A DNA stretch of 64,000 nucleotides from Sporolactobacillus sp. (GTDB lineage: Bacteria > Bacillota > Bacilli > Bacillales > Sporolactobacillaceae). The DNA lies in NCBI GenBank assembly GCA_047722915.1, contig JBDNZQ010000011.1, positions 20,535 through 84,534 on the forward strand. Reading direction: 5' to 3'. A model generated the notes under the pieces. The model saw only the letters and a list, made by a program, of their open reading frames with translations, was not told the DNA's origin and searched no databases. A program made the position numbers and the translations under genes. The number at the start of each line of letters is the position of its first letter. The first letter of the stretch is position 1. Of this stretch, positions 1 through 8,220 are shown piece by piece.

Positions 1-79
1 TTGTTTTTGAGCAGCCGAGCACGGCGGCAATGTCGCGGGCGACGCTTGGTTTTTCAGTCAGTACTAATGCTTTTTTCAT
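1..79 (-). CDS. topB: DNA topoisomerase III, first 26 codons only (gene continues left of the window)
   Basis: The reverse complement of 1..79 reads MKKALVLTEKPSVARDIAAVLGCSKT, a Toprim N-terminus typical of Firmicute TopB. The + strand ORF 1..315 is antisense to it. Confidence 0.6.
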   Translation of the reverse strand, partial: MKKALVLTEKPSVARDIAAVLGCSKT

Positions 80-417
80 CGCTTTTTAACCTTTCTGCAT
101 CTAACTGCCCTTGGAGCGGACATCCTTTATTATACAAGATGACGCGCCTTGTGCCGAATGCTTTTTACCTGCAGCTGCTCGGCTGCGCTAACTATAGCTT
201 GCTGCGCATTCCAAACAGTGGGGACTCTGCCGATGGTTCGGCACGGCCCATGAAAATTTCCTGCCATGCGATATTCGTCAAGTGTCAACCGATGTGCGGA
301 CGTGCGGACTACTGAGAAGCCGTCAGTGTAGACAGTCTTGCAAAATGTCTATCTGAAATCAGTGGTGAATATACATAGTTTCACTCAACGGTTAAGCATT
401 TTTCATCTGAAATAAAT

Positions 418-458
418 GGTCAAACAAAGTCAGAAAAATAATTTGACCTTTATTGACC
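418..458. promoter_or_regulatory. Two CtsR-type operators upstream of hsp20
   Basis: GGTCAAAcaaAGTCAGA lies at 418..434. The - strand of 442..458 reads GGTCAATaaaGGTCAAA. Both fit the heptad direct repeat (A/G)GTCAAA-NAN-(A/G)GTCAAA. The second overlaps the -35 box. Confidence 0.6.
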
Positions 459-471
459 ATTGAACTATAAT
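443..471 (+). promoter_or_regulatory. Sigma-A type promoter of the hsp20 gene
   Basis: TTGACC (443..448), a 17-nt spacer, then TATAAT (466..471), about 55 nt upstream of the ATG at 527. Confidence 0.65.
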
Positions 472-526
472 AAACTTGTAGTCAAGGAGCGGATGATAAG
501 CTCCATCATTCAAGGGGGAGTGTACG

Positions 527-961
527 ATGGCAAATCTTTATCCGACGAAAAAGGATCGTGACGGTTTTTTTGATTTTCTGCCTTCCTGGTTTGATGAATG
601 GGGACACAACTTTCTGCGCAACGCGGGCATTCAATCGTTCGCGGCAGATGTCGCAGAAAACGACGCCAGTTATACGGTGAAGATCGACTTGCCGGGATTC
701 AGCAAAGATAATATTCATCTTGATTTCAAGGAGAATGTACTGACTATCAGTGCATCGCGTGAGCAAGAGACAAATGAACGCACGGAGAACGGCAGTTTCA
801 TTCGCCGCGAGCGTGCCTCGGGAGCTTTTACACGTCGGTTTATGCTGGAAAAGGTGGACGAGAAGGCAATAAAAGCGCAATTCAAAGACGGTGTGCTGAC
901 GGTTACTTTGCCAAAACGGGAAGAACAAAAAGTAGATTCTAATACCATTTCAATTGATTGA
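527..961 (+). CDS. Hsp20/alpha-crystallin family small heat-shock protein
   Basis: 144-aa ORF with an alpha-crystallin domain (YTVKIDLPGFSKDNIHLDFKENVLTISA ... FKDGVLTVTLPK). RBS AAGGGGGAG precedes the ATG. Confidence 0.9.
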   Translation: MANLYPTKKDRDGFFDFLPSWFDEWGHNFLRNAGIQSFAADVAENDASYTVKIDLPGFSKDNIHLDFKENVLTISASREQETNERTENGSFIRRERASGAFTRRFMLEKVDEKAIKAQFKDGVLTVTLPKREEQKVDSNTISID

Positions 962-1011
962 GTAGGTAACAACTGTTATTTTTCAAACGGGCGCTAACCA
1001 TTCGTCCGAGA

Positions 1012-1042
1012 AGCCGGCAGTTTGCAGAATGCTTGGCTTTTT
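1012..1042 (+). terminator. Probable intrinsic terminator of hsp20
   Basis: Imperfect hairpin AGCCGG...CTTGGCT followed by TTTTTT. Confidence 0.45.
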
Positions 1043-1045
1043 TGT

Positions 1046-1142
1046 GCGTTAAGAATGTATAAAATGTCAGCGGAACTAAGTCTAAGAAACAGCTAAGGTT
1101 CTGCGCTCTCCCAAGGACTTAGCCTCGCCAAGTTTTTCTAAC
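1046..1142 (+). repeat. M1 dispersed intergenic repeat, copy 1 (forward)
   Basis: GCGTTAAGAATGTATAAAATGTCAGCGGAACTAAGTCTAAGAAACAGCTAAGG...GGACTTAGCctcGCCAAGTTTTTCTAAC. It aligns along its whole length with the other M1 copies listed below. Confidence 0.85.
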
Positions 1143-1272
1143 CAGTAAAGAAAGTCTATGATTTTTGCTGCCATACCGGAAAAAGCGAAGGTGCGAGAGC
1201 GCCTTGCGGGAACCGCGACTAGCGAAACCGAAACGCGGTTGCTTTAAAGGACGGGGTTGCTGTTTGCCCGGT
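1143..1272 (+). repeat. M2 GC-rich repeat module, short variant, fused to M1 copy 1
   Basis: It shares ATGATTTTTG..CATACCGG.AAAA.CG.AGGTG.GAG.GCGCCTTGCGG and CCGCGACTAGCGAAACCG.A.CGCGGTTGC.TTAAAGGAC..G...TTTGCCCGGT with 56388..56579. It lacks about 55 nt of internal sequence present there. Confidence 0.8.
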
Positions 1273-1367
1273 GGAGCACGCAGAGTCCTTACCAGAAGGC
1301 GACCCGCTGTGCTGTGGCAGTCCGCATACGCTTTCGCTTCACATGGCACTCATGTTGCTTTTTTTTA

Positions 1368-1396
1368 TTTACAACATCTGTCAGACGGTTTATAAT
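1368..1396 (+). promoter_or_regulatory. Sigma-A type promoter of the ABC exporter leader
   Basis: TTTACA (1368..1373), a 17-nt spacer, then TATAAT (1391..1396). Confidence 0.55.
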
Positions 1397-1432
1397 GTAA
1401 TTATTCGTTTTAATGAGAGGAAGGTGAGTACT

Positions 1433-1531
1433 ATGGAAACAAATATTCGGATGAAGTACACAGCAATCCGTATGGCTGTTTTCATGAATGTGCCGGCACT
1501 CACCTTCCTTTTCTGTTTACGCGACGTTTAA
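1433..1531 (+). CDS. Candidate 32-aa leader peptide (METNIRMKYTAIRMAVFMNVPALTFLFCLRDV)
   Basis: The ATG is preceded by the RBS GAGAGGAAGGTGAG. It lies between a consensus promoter and a terminator hairpin, upstream of the ABC exporter genes. The layout resembles B. subtilis bmrB-bmrCD. Confidence 0.35.
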   Translation: METNIRMKYTAIRMAVFMNVPALTFLFCLRDV

Positions 1532-1571
1532 TCGTCTGATCGGTATTTTGCCGGTCATTTGTCTGAGCGGT

Positions 1572-1614
1572 CGCAGAAAAAGGGGAGACCTCTTTTTTTG
1601 CGATCGTTTTAATT
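1572..1614 (+). terminator. Leader terminator/attenuator upstream of the ABC exporter
   Basis: 14-bp stem 1572..1585 / 1589..1602 (including G-U pairs) with a 3-nt loop, followed by the T-rich ATCGTTTTAATTTT. It ends 30 nt before the TTG start at 1645. Confidence 0.5.
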
Positions 1615-1644
1615 TTGGCGTTTTTGGGGTAAGGAGGCATTTTT

Positions 1645-3405
1645 TTGCGTATTTTCTTTGAACTTGGTTGGTTCTTTAAGCAGGAGAAATATCGTTATTT
1701 AATGGGCATTGTTTTTCTCATTGTATCCAGTTTTTTATCACTGGTTCCTCCCTATGCTGTAGGGGTGCTCGTCGATCGGATGCGCACGCGGACAATGACG
1801 GCTGCTGTCCTTGGCGAATGGATCGGCCTGCTTGTTCTAGTCGGCATTATTTATTATATAACAGGTTATGTGTGGCGGCAGATGATTTTTGGCACGGCTC
1901 AGCAGCTCGGCCGTCAGTTGCGCCGCTCGCTCTACCGGCATTTTACTCAGTTGTCACCGTCTTTTTATCAGCAGCATCGAATTGGCGACTTGATGGCACA
2001 CGCTACCAACGATGTGAACGCGGTGCAGGGAGCCGCAGGTGACGGCATTTTAACGCTCGTCGATTCACTGACGATGGGCGGCATGGTAATTGTCACCATG
2101 GTAACTTTGATTAGCTGGAAGCTAACCGTTGTTGCATTGCTGCCGATGCCGATTATGGCGGTGTTGACGATGCACTACGGTAATTTGCTTCACGATCGCT
2201 TTGGAAAAGCACAGGCCGCTTTTTCAGATCTGAACGATGAGGTGCAGGAGAGCGTATCAGGTATTCGCGTCATCAAAGCGTTCGGCGAAGAAGAAGCACA
2301 GATTGAGTCATTCCGCCGAGCGTCGGCGGATGTAGTTGACAAAAACGTCGAAGTGGCAAAAATTGATGCACTGTTTGACCCAACGATTACGCTCGTTGTT
2401 GCCGCAAGCTTTTTTCTCGCACTTATCGTTGGCGGATTCGGTGTTGTACACGGCAGTCTGTCACTTGGTCAGCTGACGAGTTTCACCCTTTATCTCGGCC
2501 AACTGATTTGGCCAATGCTTGCTTTCGGCTTTCTGTTCAATACTGTCGAGCGCGGCAGTGCGTCCTATGATCGTATTCGCCGGTTGTTAGCCGTAAAGCC
2601 GACGATTGTTGACCGACCGGGCGCGAGTGCGCATGTGCCAAGCGGAGACATTCATTACGATCTGCCCAACTTTAGTTACAACAACAGCTCTGTCCCTGCG
2701 CTCAGAGAGGTGGCATTCACTTTGCCGCGCGGGGGAACGCTTGGTGTCGTCGGTAAGACCGGTGCCGGTAAGACGACATTGCTGCGCCTGCTGCTTCGTG
2801 AATTTGACTTGCAGAAAGGAAAAATTACAATCGGTGGGTTGGGTATTCAAGAGGTGACACTCGATGCCCTGCGCTCAGCCATCGGCTATGTACCGCAGGA
2901 TCACGTGCTTTTTTCAGCGACTATTGGTGAGAACATCGCCTTTGCCCGTCCGCAGGCGACGCAGGAAGACATTGAGCGGGCGGCCAGACTGGCCAGCATC
3001 CATGCGGATATTCTCCAGTTTCCTGACGGCTATGAAACGATTGTCGGAGAACGCGGCGTGACGCTTTCAGGCGGCCAGAAACAGCGCATTTCCATTGCGC
3101 GGGCACTGCTGGCTGACCCGGAAATTCTCATTTTTGACGACTCATTGTCCGCTGTCGATGCGCGGACAGAGACCGCCATTCTTCAGGCACTTAAGCAGGA
3201 ACGCCAGCATAAAACGACGCTGATTGTCGCCCACCGCTTGAGTGCGGTGGAGCATGCCGACTTGATTCTTGTGATGAAGGAGGGCACCATTGCCGAACGA
3301 GGCACGCACAGTCAGCTGCTGGCGCGCGGCGGTTGGTATGCAGACATGCATGAACGTCAGCAGCTTGAAGAATTAGTCGCAGAGGGAGGTCGGTCGCGTG
3401 ACTGA
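1645..3405 (+). CDS. ABC exporter permease/ATPase, subunit with the degenerate catalytic site (YheI/BmrC-like)
   Basis: 586 aa with an N-terminal 6-TM domain. Walker A is GKTGAGKTT and the signature is LSGGQKQR. Walker B is ILIFDDS, so Asp replaces the catalytic Glu. TTG start with RBS AAGGAGG. Confidence 0.9.
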   Translation: MRIFFELGWFFKQEKYRYLMGIVFLIVSSFLSLVPPYAVGVLVDRMRTRTMTAAVLGEWIGLLVLVGIIYYITGYVWRQMIFGTAQQLGRQLRRSLYRHFTQLSPSFYQQHRIGDLMAHATNDVNAVQGAAGDGILTLVDSLTMGGMVIVTMVTLISWKLTVVALLPMPIMAVLTMHYGNLLHDRFGKAQAAFSDLNDEVQESVSGIRVIKAFGEEEAQIESFRRASADVVDKNVEVAKIDALFDPTITLVVAASFFLALIVGGFGVVHGSLSLGQLTSFTLYLGQLIWPMLAFGFLFNTVERGSASYDRIRRLLAVKPTIVDRPGASAHVPSGDIHYDLPNFSYNNSSVPALREVAFTLPRGGTLGVVGKTGAGKTTLLRLLLREFDLQKGKITIGGLGIQEVTLDALRSAIGYVPQDHVLFSATIGENIAFARPQATQEDIERAARLASIHADILQFPDGYETIVGERGVTLSGGQKQRISIARALLADPEILIFDDSLSAVDARTETAILQALKQERQHKTTLIVAHRLSAVEHADLILVMKEGTIAERGTHSQLLARGGWYADMHERQQLEELVAEGGRSRD

Positions 3406-5182
3406 AACGAAACAGGAGCGGAGCGTGCGAAGGCGCACTTTTTTCCGGCTTATGGGTTATTTGAAAATTGAGAAAAAGAGACTTGTAACAGCTCTGCTTT
3501 TTCTCCTAATTGCTACGGGAGGAACGGTCATCGGACCGATCTTGCTGAAAATTTTTATTGATTCTTACCTTACGCCGCGAATTTTTCCAATGGGTCCGCT
3601 GCTTGTACTTGGTGGAGCCTTCTTCATGTCCTACGTCGTGAATGCGGTCTTTAATTATTATCAGGTCATGCTCTTTCAGAAAATTGCACTGCATATTATT
3701 CAGCAGATGCGCGTCGACGTATTCAGCAAAGTTCAGCATCTTGGCCTCGCTTTCTTCGACCAAGTGCCCGGCGGCAGCCTTGTCTCGCGGATTACGAACG
3801 ATACGGAGGCTATTAAAGATCTTTTTGTCAGTGTGCTGTCGGTGTTTGTCAGCAGCGCAATAACGATGGTTGGTATTTTCGTCGGCATGTTCGTGCTCGA
3901 TGTGCGGATGGCACTTTTATGCCTTTTGCTTATGCCGTTCATTTTAATTTTGATGGGCGTCTACGGCCGGCTGAGCTCGGCGATCTATCATGTCGCCCGT
4001 GCTAAATTGAGCCAGCTCAATGCGCGATTGAACGAATCGCTGCAAGGCATGGCAATCATCCAGGCTTTGCGCCAGCAAAAGCGGATGCGCAAGGAGTTTG
4101 CTGCTATTAACGACGCGCATACCGCGGCACGCATGAAAAGTGTACGACTGAATGCGCTGCTGCTGCGCTCGGCCGTGTACTCGGTATATTTATTTGGCTT
4201 AATTCTTGTGCTCAGCTATTTTGGCATCGCGTCGATCGGCGGCATCGTGTCGATCGGTGTGCTGTATGCTTTTGTTAATTATCTTGACCGTTTCTTTGAC
4301 CCGGTCAATCAAATTATGATGCAGCTGACAATCTATCAGGAAGCGCTCGTGTCGGCTGAGCGTGTGTTTATTCTGCTTGACGACAAGCGGATGGCGCCCG
4401 GTAAGGCGGGTCATGCGCAGCCGACGATTGCAGAAGGGCGAGTGGAGTTTCGCGACGTGTCATTCTCGTATGATGGAAAAGTTGACGTGCTGAAACATAT
4501 TTCGTTTACAGCCGCTCCGGGAGAAACGGTAGCACTCGTCGGTCATACCGGCAGTGGCAAGAGCTCTATTATTAATTTGTTGATGCGTTTTTATGCGGTC
4601 AACCGCGGAGCCATTCTCATTGATGGCGCGCCGCTGCAATCTTTTTCCGACGAGGTGCTGCGCAGCCGCATGGGGCTTGTACTTCAGGATTCCTTTCTGT
4701 TTGTCGGGGATGTCGCCGGTAATATTCGGCTCAGTCGGTCGGTCAGCGACGAGGCGGTTCACGAAGCTGCAGAATTTGTGCAGGCTGATCAGTTTATCAA
4801 AAAATTGCCCGAAGGCTACGGGCAGATCATCGGTGAACGAGGTGCTTCCTTCTCAAGCGGACAGCGGCAGCTGCTCGCCTTTGCACGCACAATGACGCTC
4901 GACCCGAAAATACTGATTCTTGACGAGGCGACAGCAAGTGTGGATACAGAGACAGAAGAGGCTATTCAGCGCGCGCTGAAGAAAATGCGCAGCGGCCGGA
5001 CGACAATCGCCATTGCGCATCGGTTATCGACAATTCAGGACGCCGACCAGATTCTCGTGCTTCATCGCGGTGAAATCGTGGAGCATGGCAACCACCAGTC
5101 GTTGCTTCAGAAAAAGGGTTTGTATTACCAGATGTATCGCCTGCAGAGCGGGGCAGTGGACGGCAAGGCGATCATTTTATAA
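3398..5182 (+). CDS. ABC exporter permease/ATPase, subunit with the consensus catalytic site (YheH/BmrD-like)
   Basis: 594 aa. Walker A is GHTGSGKSS. Walker B is ILILDEATS, with the catalytic Glu present. The signature is the deviant FSSGQRQ. It overlaps the upstream gene by 8 nt. Confidence 0.9.
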   Translation: MTETKQERSVRRRTFFRLMGYLKIEKKRLVTALLFLLIATGGTVIGPILLKIFIDSYLTPRIFPMGPLLVLGGAFFMSYVVNAVFNYYQVMLFQKIALHIIQQMRVDVFSKVQHLGLAFFDQVPGGSLVSRITNDTEAIKDLFVSVLSVFVSSAITMVGIFVGMFVLDVRMALLCLLLMPFILILMGVYGRLSSAIYHVARAKLSQLNARLNESLQGMAIIQALRQQKRMRKEFAAINDAHTAARMKSVRLNALLLRSAVYSVYLFGLILVLSYFGIASIGGIVSIGVLYAFVNYLDRFFDPVNQIMMQLTIYQEALVSAERVFILLDDKRMAPGKAGHAQPTIAEGRVEFRDVSFSYDGKVDVLKHISFTAAPGETVALVGHTGSGKSSIINLLMRFYAVNRGAILIDGAPLQSFSDEVLRSRMGLVLQDSFLFVGDVAGNIRLSRSVSDEAVHEAAEFVQADQFIKKLPEGYGQIIGERGASFSSGQRQLLAFARTMTLDPKILILDEATASVDTETEEAIQRALKKMRSGRTTIAIAHRLSTIQDADQILVLHRGEIVEHGNHQSLLQKKGLYYQMYRLQSGAVDGKAIIL

Positions 5183-5243
5183 ATGAACATGCGCTTCATA
5201 AAAAGGCGGTCGCGGCATGATGTCGAGCGGCCGTTTTTCTAAT

Positions 5244-5342
5244 ACGCCAGGAAAGTCTAAAAATTTCAGCGGAACTTAAGTTTTAGAGAAGTTAAGGCTC
5301 TGCCGCTATCCAAAAGACTGGGCAATGCCCAGTTTTTCTTAT
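5244..5342 (+). repeat. M1 dispersed repeat, copy 2 (forward)
   Basis: ACGCCAGGAAAGTCTAAAAATTTCAGCGGAACTTAAG...GTTAAGGCTCTGCC...GACTGGGCaatGCCCAGTTTTTCTTAT. It follows directly after a GC-rich hairpin plus TTTTTCT downstream of the ABC genes. Confidence 0.85.
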
Positions 5343-5484
5343 ATGTTTAAAAATTTGGCAACATTGGCAGGCATTAAAAACAAGACATAGGGGTGAGGGC
5401 ACCTTGCGTGAGACACGTGCCAGACTTTCCGGAAGCATTGTCTTTTTATTACTGGAAACACGATCAACAGGCTTTGCGAACGTC

Positions 5485-6660
5485 TCAATGGGTATCCGTC
5501 GAGTGTGACTGTGTCCGCATGGCCGGATTGACGGTGTCGTCGGTCGATTCTGGTTTGGCAGCTTGTGGACGGCGCATGTTCTTCGGTAATTCCGCAGCAG
5601 TTTTATCGCCCAAAATCAGTGGGACGGCAGCTAAGTCAAGGCCTTCCTGTTCAAAAATATGTAGGATGGCAAGATTATATTTTTCCTTAATCTGTGTCCA
5701 TTCATTAAAATCAATTGTTTTTGTGAAAAACTGGATAGATAAATCAATGCCGGTTTGTGAAATTTTATCGACATAGACAAGCTGGCCCTCGCTATAGATG
5801 TCATTGCCGCCGCCAAGCAGCTCGCGCAAGTCCGAGAGACAACGGTCAAGCTGTGCATTGTTTGATGCGGGTGACAAGGAGGCGGTAATTGTGACGCGTC
5901 GTTTGCCGATGCGTGACATATTTGTAATGGGTTGGTTGGCGAGTGTTGAGTTTGGAACGGTGACGAGCGCTTGATCGGCGGTGCGAATTTTTGTCGAGCG
6001 AAAATTGATGTCTTCGACAATGCCTTCGATCGTTCCGGATTGAATCAGTTCGCCAATGGTGAATGGTGCGTCCGTGATGATGACGAGACCGCCAAAAAAA
6101 TTGCTGAGCGTATCTTTAGCAGCCATAGCGATGGCTAGACCGCCGATGCCCAGTCCGGTGATGAGTCCGGTGACGTGGTAATTCCATTGGTCGAGAATGG
6201 CAACGGCTGTGAAAACGACAACAAGGAATTTGCCGATTTTTGTCAAGAAAGGGATGAGAATATTATTGAACTGCAAGTCAAAGTGATCGTGTACTTGGTG
6301 GAAAAAAAGGCCAATAGTGTTGCAGAACAAATAGAATCCCCAGCCGATGGCAAGCGTCGTCAGTGATGAATAAATGCGGGTGACGCCATACATGGCGCTG
6401 CGGGGAACCGGCAGATAGGACAGTGAGAGGAAAAGTCCGCTGGCCATGAGCACAAGGGAAAGCGGCTTGCGAAAGCTGATTAGTAAAGCTCCGTCAATTT
6501 CACTTTTGCTTCTCTGAATAAGCACTTTCAGCAACTTTGGCATGTATTTTGAAAAAAGAATGGATGCTGAGATGAAAAGAAAAAAAATACCAAATGCAAT
6601 CAAGCCGTCACTCCATGAAATTTGTGAAATCCAAGCTATTTTCTGCCAAAAACGTTCCAT
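5485..6660 (-). CDS. Mechanosensitive ion channel (MscS family) protein
   Basis: The track ORF is 5485..6753. I prefer the internal ATG at 6660 (MERFWQKI...), which has RBS GGAG 8 nt upstream. The protein has TM helices followed by the MscS beta-domain (ELIQSGTIEGIVEDINFRSTKIRTADQALVTVPNS). Confidence 0.8.
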   Translation of the reverse strand: MERFWQKIAWISQISWSDGLIAFGIFFLFISASILFSKYMPKLLKVLIQRSKSEIDGALLISFRKPLSLVLMASGLFLSLSYLPVPRSAMYGVTRIYSSLTTLAIGWGFYLFCNTIGLFFHQVHDHFDLQFNNILIPFLTKIGKFLVVVFTAVAILDQWNYHVTGLITGLGIGGLAIAMAAKDTLSNFFGGLVIITDAPFTIGELIQSGTIEGIVEDINFRSTKIRTADQALVTVPNSTLANQPITNMSRIGKRRVTITASLSPASNNAQLDRCLSDLRELLGGGNDIYSEGQLVYVDKISQTGIDLSIQFFTKTIDFNEWTQIKEKYNLAILHIFEQEGLDLAAVPLILGDKTAAELPKNMRRPQAAKPESTDDTVNPAMRTQSHSTDTH

Positions 6661-6728
6661 TGTGTTCACTCCATATGACCGTTCATTCCATTCATGATAA
6701 CATGAATGATACTGTACGAAAAGCCGCC

Positions 6729-7355
6729 TTACATTTTTGCGAGTCGCGCACATTTTGCCAATGTGAGCTCCTCTGCTGCGGTGTCGGTATGCATGGTTAG
6801 ATTGTGCAGGATGCGCGGCTTCGCAGAAGGATGGCTGCGATTACTTGATAAGGAGCATCTCCACAGCCTGCTTGGCGTGTAAAATTTAGGGGAATGGAGG
6901 GGGAGTGGACATTGATGCATAACCATGCTGTTTTTCACACAGTACTTGGCTTTTATGGTGTGATTGCACAAACGGATCGGTTGGTGTTCCATGGAATGCG
7001 CGCAACGTGTTACCGTTTGTTCTTGGCGCCTGCGTCCCTCCGGTTACAGAGCTGACAAGGCGCATGGGGATGCGCCTTGATGCGGCATTTACGGATGTGA
7101 AGACGTTCGGGTCGCTCATGTGGTGGGGGCGATCAGCTGCATGATCGATGATGGCGCCCCGCCGACGCTTTCAGTCTTAAAACGGCTGTCTGCTTGGTTG
7201 GCAGCCGCAGAAGAAGGCTGTGTGGGTGCTCTCACACACGCCGCCGTGCGCTTTTTAAGGTGAAATCTAGGACATACAGTGTGCATGCACGGCTTCAAGT
7301 GTTCCCCATTCGTCAGCAGCCGCCGCAGTGACCGGAGCGACTCGTCAATGTTCAA
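6729..7355 (-). pseudogene. Possible decayed C-terminal (little-finger) remnant of a Y-family DNA polymerase
   Basis: Three overlapping ORFs in three frames lie directly downstream of the yolD-like gene. They contain pieces such as SRFKTESVGGAP and RRIPMRLVSSVTG. These weakly resemble the HRSKT..PT and VR.VSV.LS motifs of YqjW/UvrX. There is no catalytic N-terminal half. Confidence 0.3.
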
Positions 7356-7361
7356 AAACGG

Positions 7362-7715
7362 TCACGGCCGGCTGCCTTCGGTGATGCCAAGGATGTCGGC
7401 CAACGGAAGATCTATCGCTAACCCGAAGGCATCGCGGCAGATCAGCAGATGATGAGCCGAATCGGACGCTTGCGGGTAGACAATTTTTTGCTTGATGACG
7501 CCACTTTTGGAGTAATAGACTTGCACGGGCCGGCGTTGCCGGATCGCCTCTTGCAAAAGGCGATCGATGCGTTCGGCTTCCTGGACGTCGATGTCCGGAC
7601 GCCGGGTATCTGCCTTGACGTTCTGCATCGCTTCACGGACGGCTTTGACATGCTCGGGGAGCATCATCCGACTGGCTTCCCACCGTAAATTAGAACCTAC
7701 CGACAATTTGTTCAT
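7362..7715 (-). CDS. YolD-like protein (accessory factor of Y-family polymerases)
   Basis: 117 aa. Motifs W...MLPEHV, RRPVQVYY and I...D match the YolD/YqjX family. Confidence 0.75.
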   Translation of the reverse strand: MNKLSVGSNLRWEASRMMLPEHVKAVREAMQNVKADTRRPDIDVQEAERIDRLLQEAIRQRRPVQVYYSKSGVIKQKIVYPQASDSAHHLLICRDAFGLAIDLPLADILGITEGSRP

Positions 7716-7885
7716 TTCAGTCCGCCTTTCGATTGAGGTAACCTTTTTAACTTCGTGATGACAACGCCGATGTCCTGCCTGCTGTGTCCGGTGCGCTGTT
7801 CTAAATCGTCCAAATCGCTGATGCGACGCATAATTTGATCATTTAAAAGAATTTGTCGCACTTTGCGTTCAAAGTCTGAGAGCAT
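7712..7885 (-). CDS. Small hypothetical protein (57 aa), translationally coupled to the yolD-like gene
   Basis: MLSDFERKVRQILLNDQIMRRISDLDDLEQRTGHSRQDIGVVITKLKRLPQSKGGLK. RBS GGAGGAG lies 6 nt upstream. Its TGA overlaps the yolD ATG (ATGA). It is below the 60-aa cut-off of the ORF track. Confidence 0.45.
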   Translation of the reverse strand: MLSDFERKVRQILLNDQIMRRISDLDDLEQRTGHSRQDIGVVITKLKRLPQSKGGLK

Positions 7886-7916
7886 GCTGATCTCCTCCTT
7901 AAAAGTGAATAAATAA

Positions 7917-7960
7917 CGAACGTATATTCCTATTATAACTCAAAAAAGAATATATGTTCG
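7917..7960 (-). promoter_or_regulatory. Two LexA (Cheo) boxes flanking a -10 element
   Basis: Read on the - strand: aaCGAACATATATTCt-tttttgagt-TATAAT-a-GGAATATACGTTCGtt. Each box is one mismatch from CGAAC-N4-GTTCG. Together they form a 15-nt inverted repeat with 1 mismatch. Confidence 0.7.
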
Positions 7961-7980
7961 TTAAATTGGATATAATTATT

Positions 7981-8125
7981 TTAGTCTAAGTCCTCAAATC
8001 GGCCTTATGGGGCTGTGTTTCCCAAAAGATGTTCACCTGACTGGTCGACAGCCGGTCCGTGTGACTGCAGGCTTATCGCATGGTACTGACGCGTGAAGTC
8101 TATCTCGGCTTCCGATCGCCCGTTT
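7981..8125 (-). repeat. Possible strongly degenerate M1 copy
   Basis: The ends resemble M1 (TTAGTCTAAGTCC... and ...GCGTGAAGTCTATCTC versus ...CGCTGAAGTCTTTATAC). It lies directly behind the pgmB terminator in the usual orientation. The interior is poorly alignable. Confidence 0.25.
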
Positions 8126-8149
8126 GTTGATTGAATGCGTGTGGATACG

Positions 8150-8188
8150 AAACAAAACCGGCCTTCACCGCATGAGCGAAGACCGGTT
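8150..8188 (-). terminator. Intrinsic terminator of the maltose phosphorylase operon
   Basis: 11-bp stem AACCGGTCTTC/GAAGGCCGGTT (1 mismatch) followed by TTTTGTT on the - strand, 30 nt after the pgmB stop. Confidence 0.7.
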
Positions 8189-8220
8189 TATTCATCATTC
8201 ATCACAGAGCGATAGGCGGA

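Noticed and set aside
1-315. 104-aa + strand ORF at the left edge
   Set aside because: It is antisense to a convincing TopB N-terminus (1..79, - strand). It has no RBS, and its Cys/Arg-rich composition resembles no protein family.
1119-1395. 76-aa ORFs on both strands (1119..1349 and 1165..1395), and the similar 56336..56695 ORF
   Set aside because: They lie entirely inside the M1/M2 repeat modules. Conservation between copies is at the nucleotide level, with indels that break the frames. Their Arg/Pro/Cys-rich translations are typical of GC-rich non-coding repeats.
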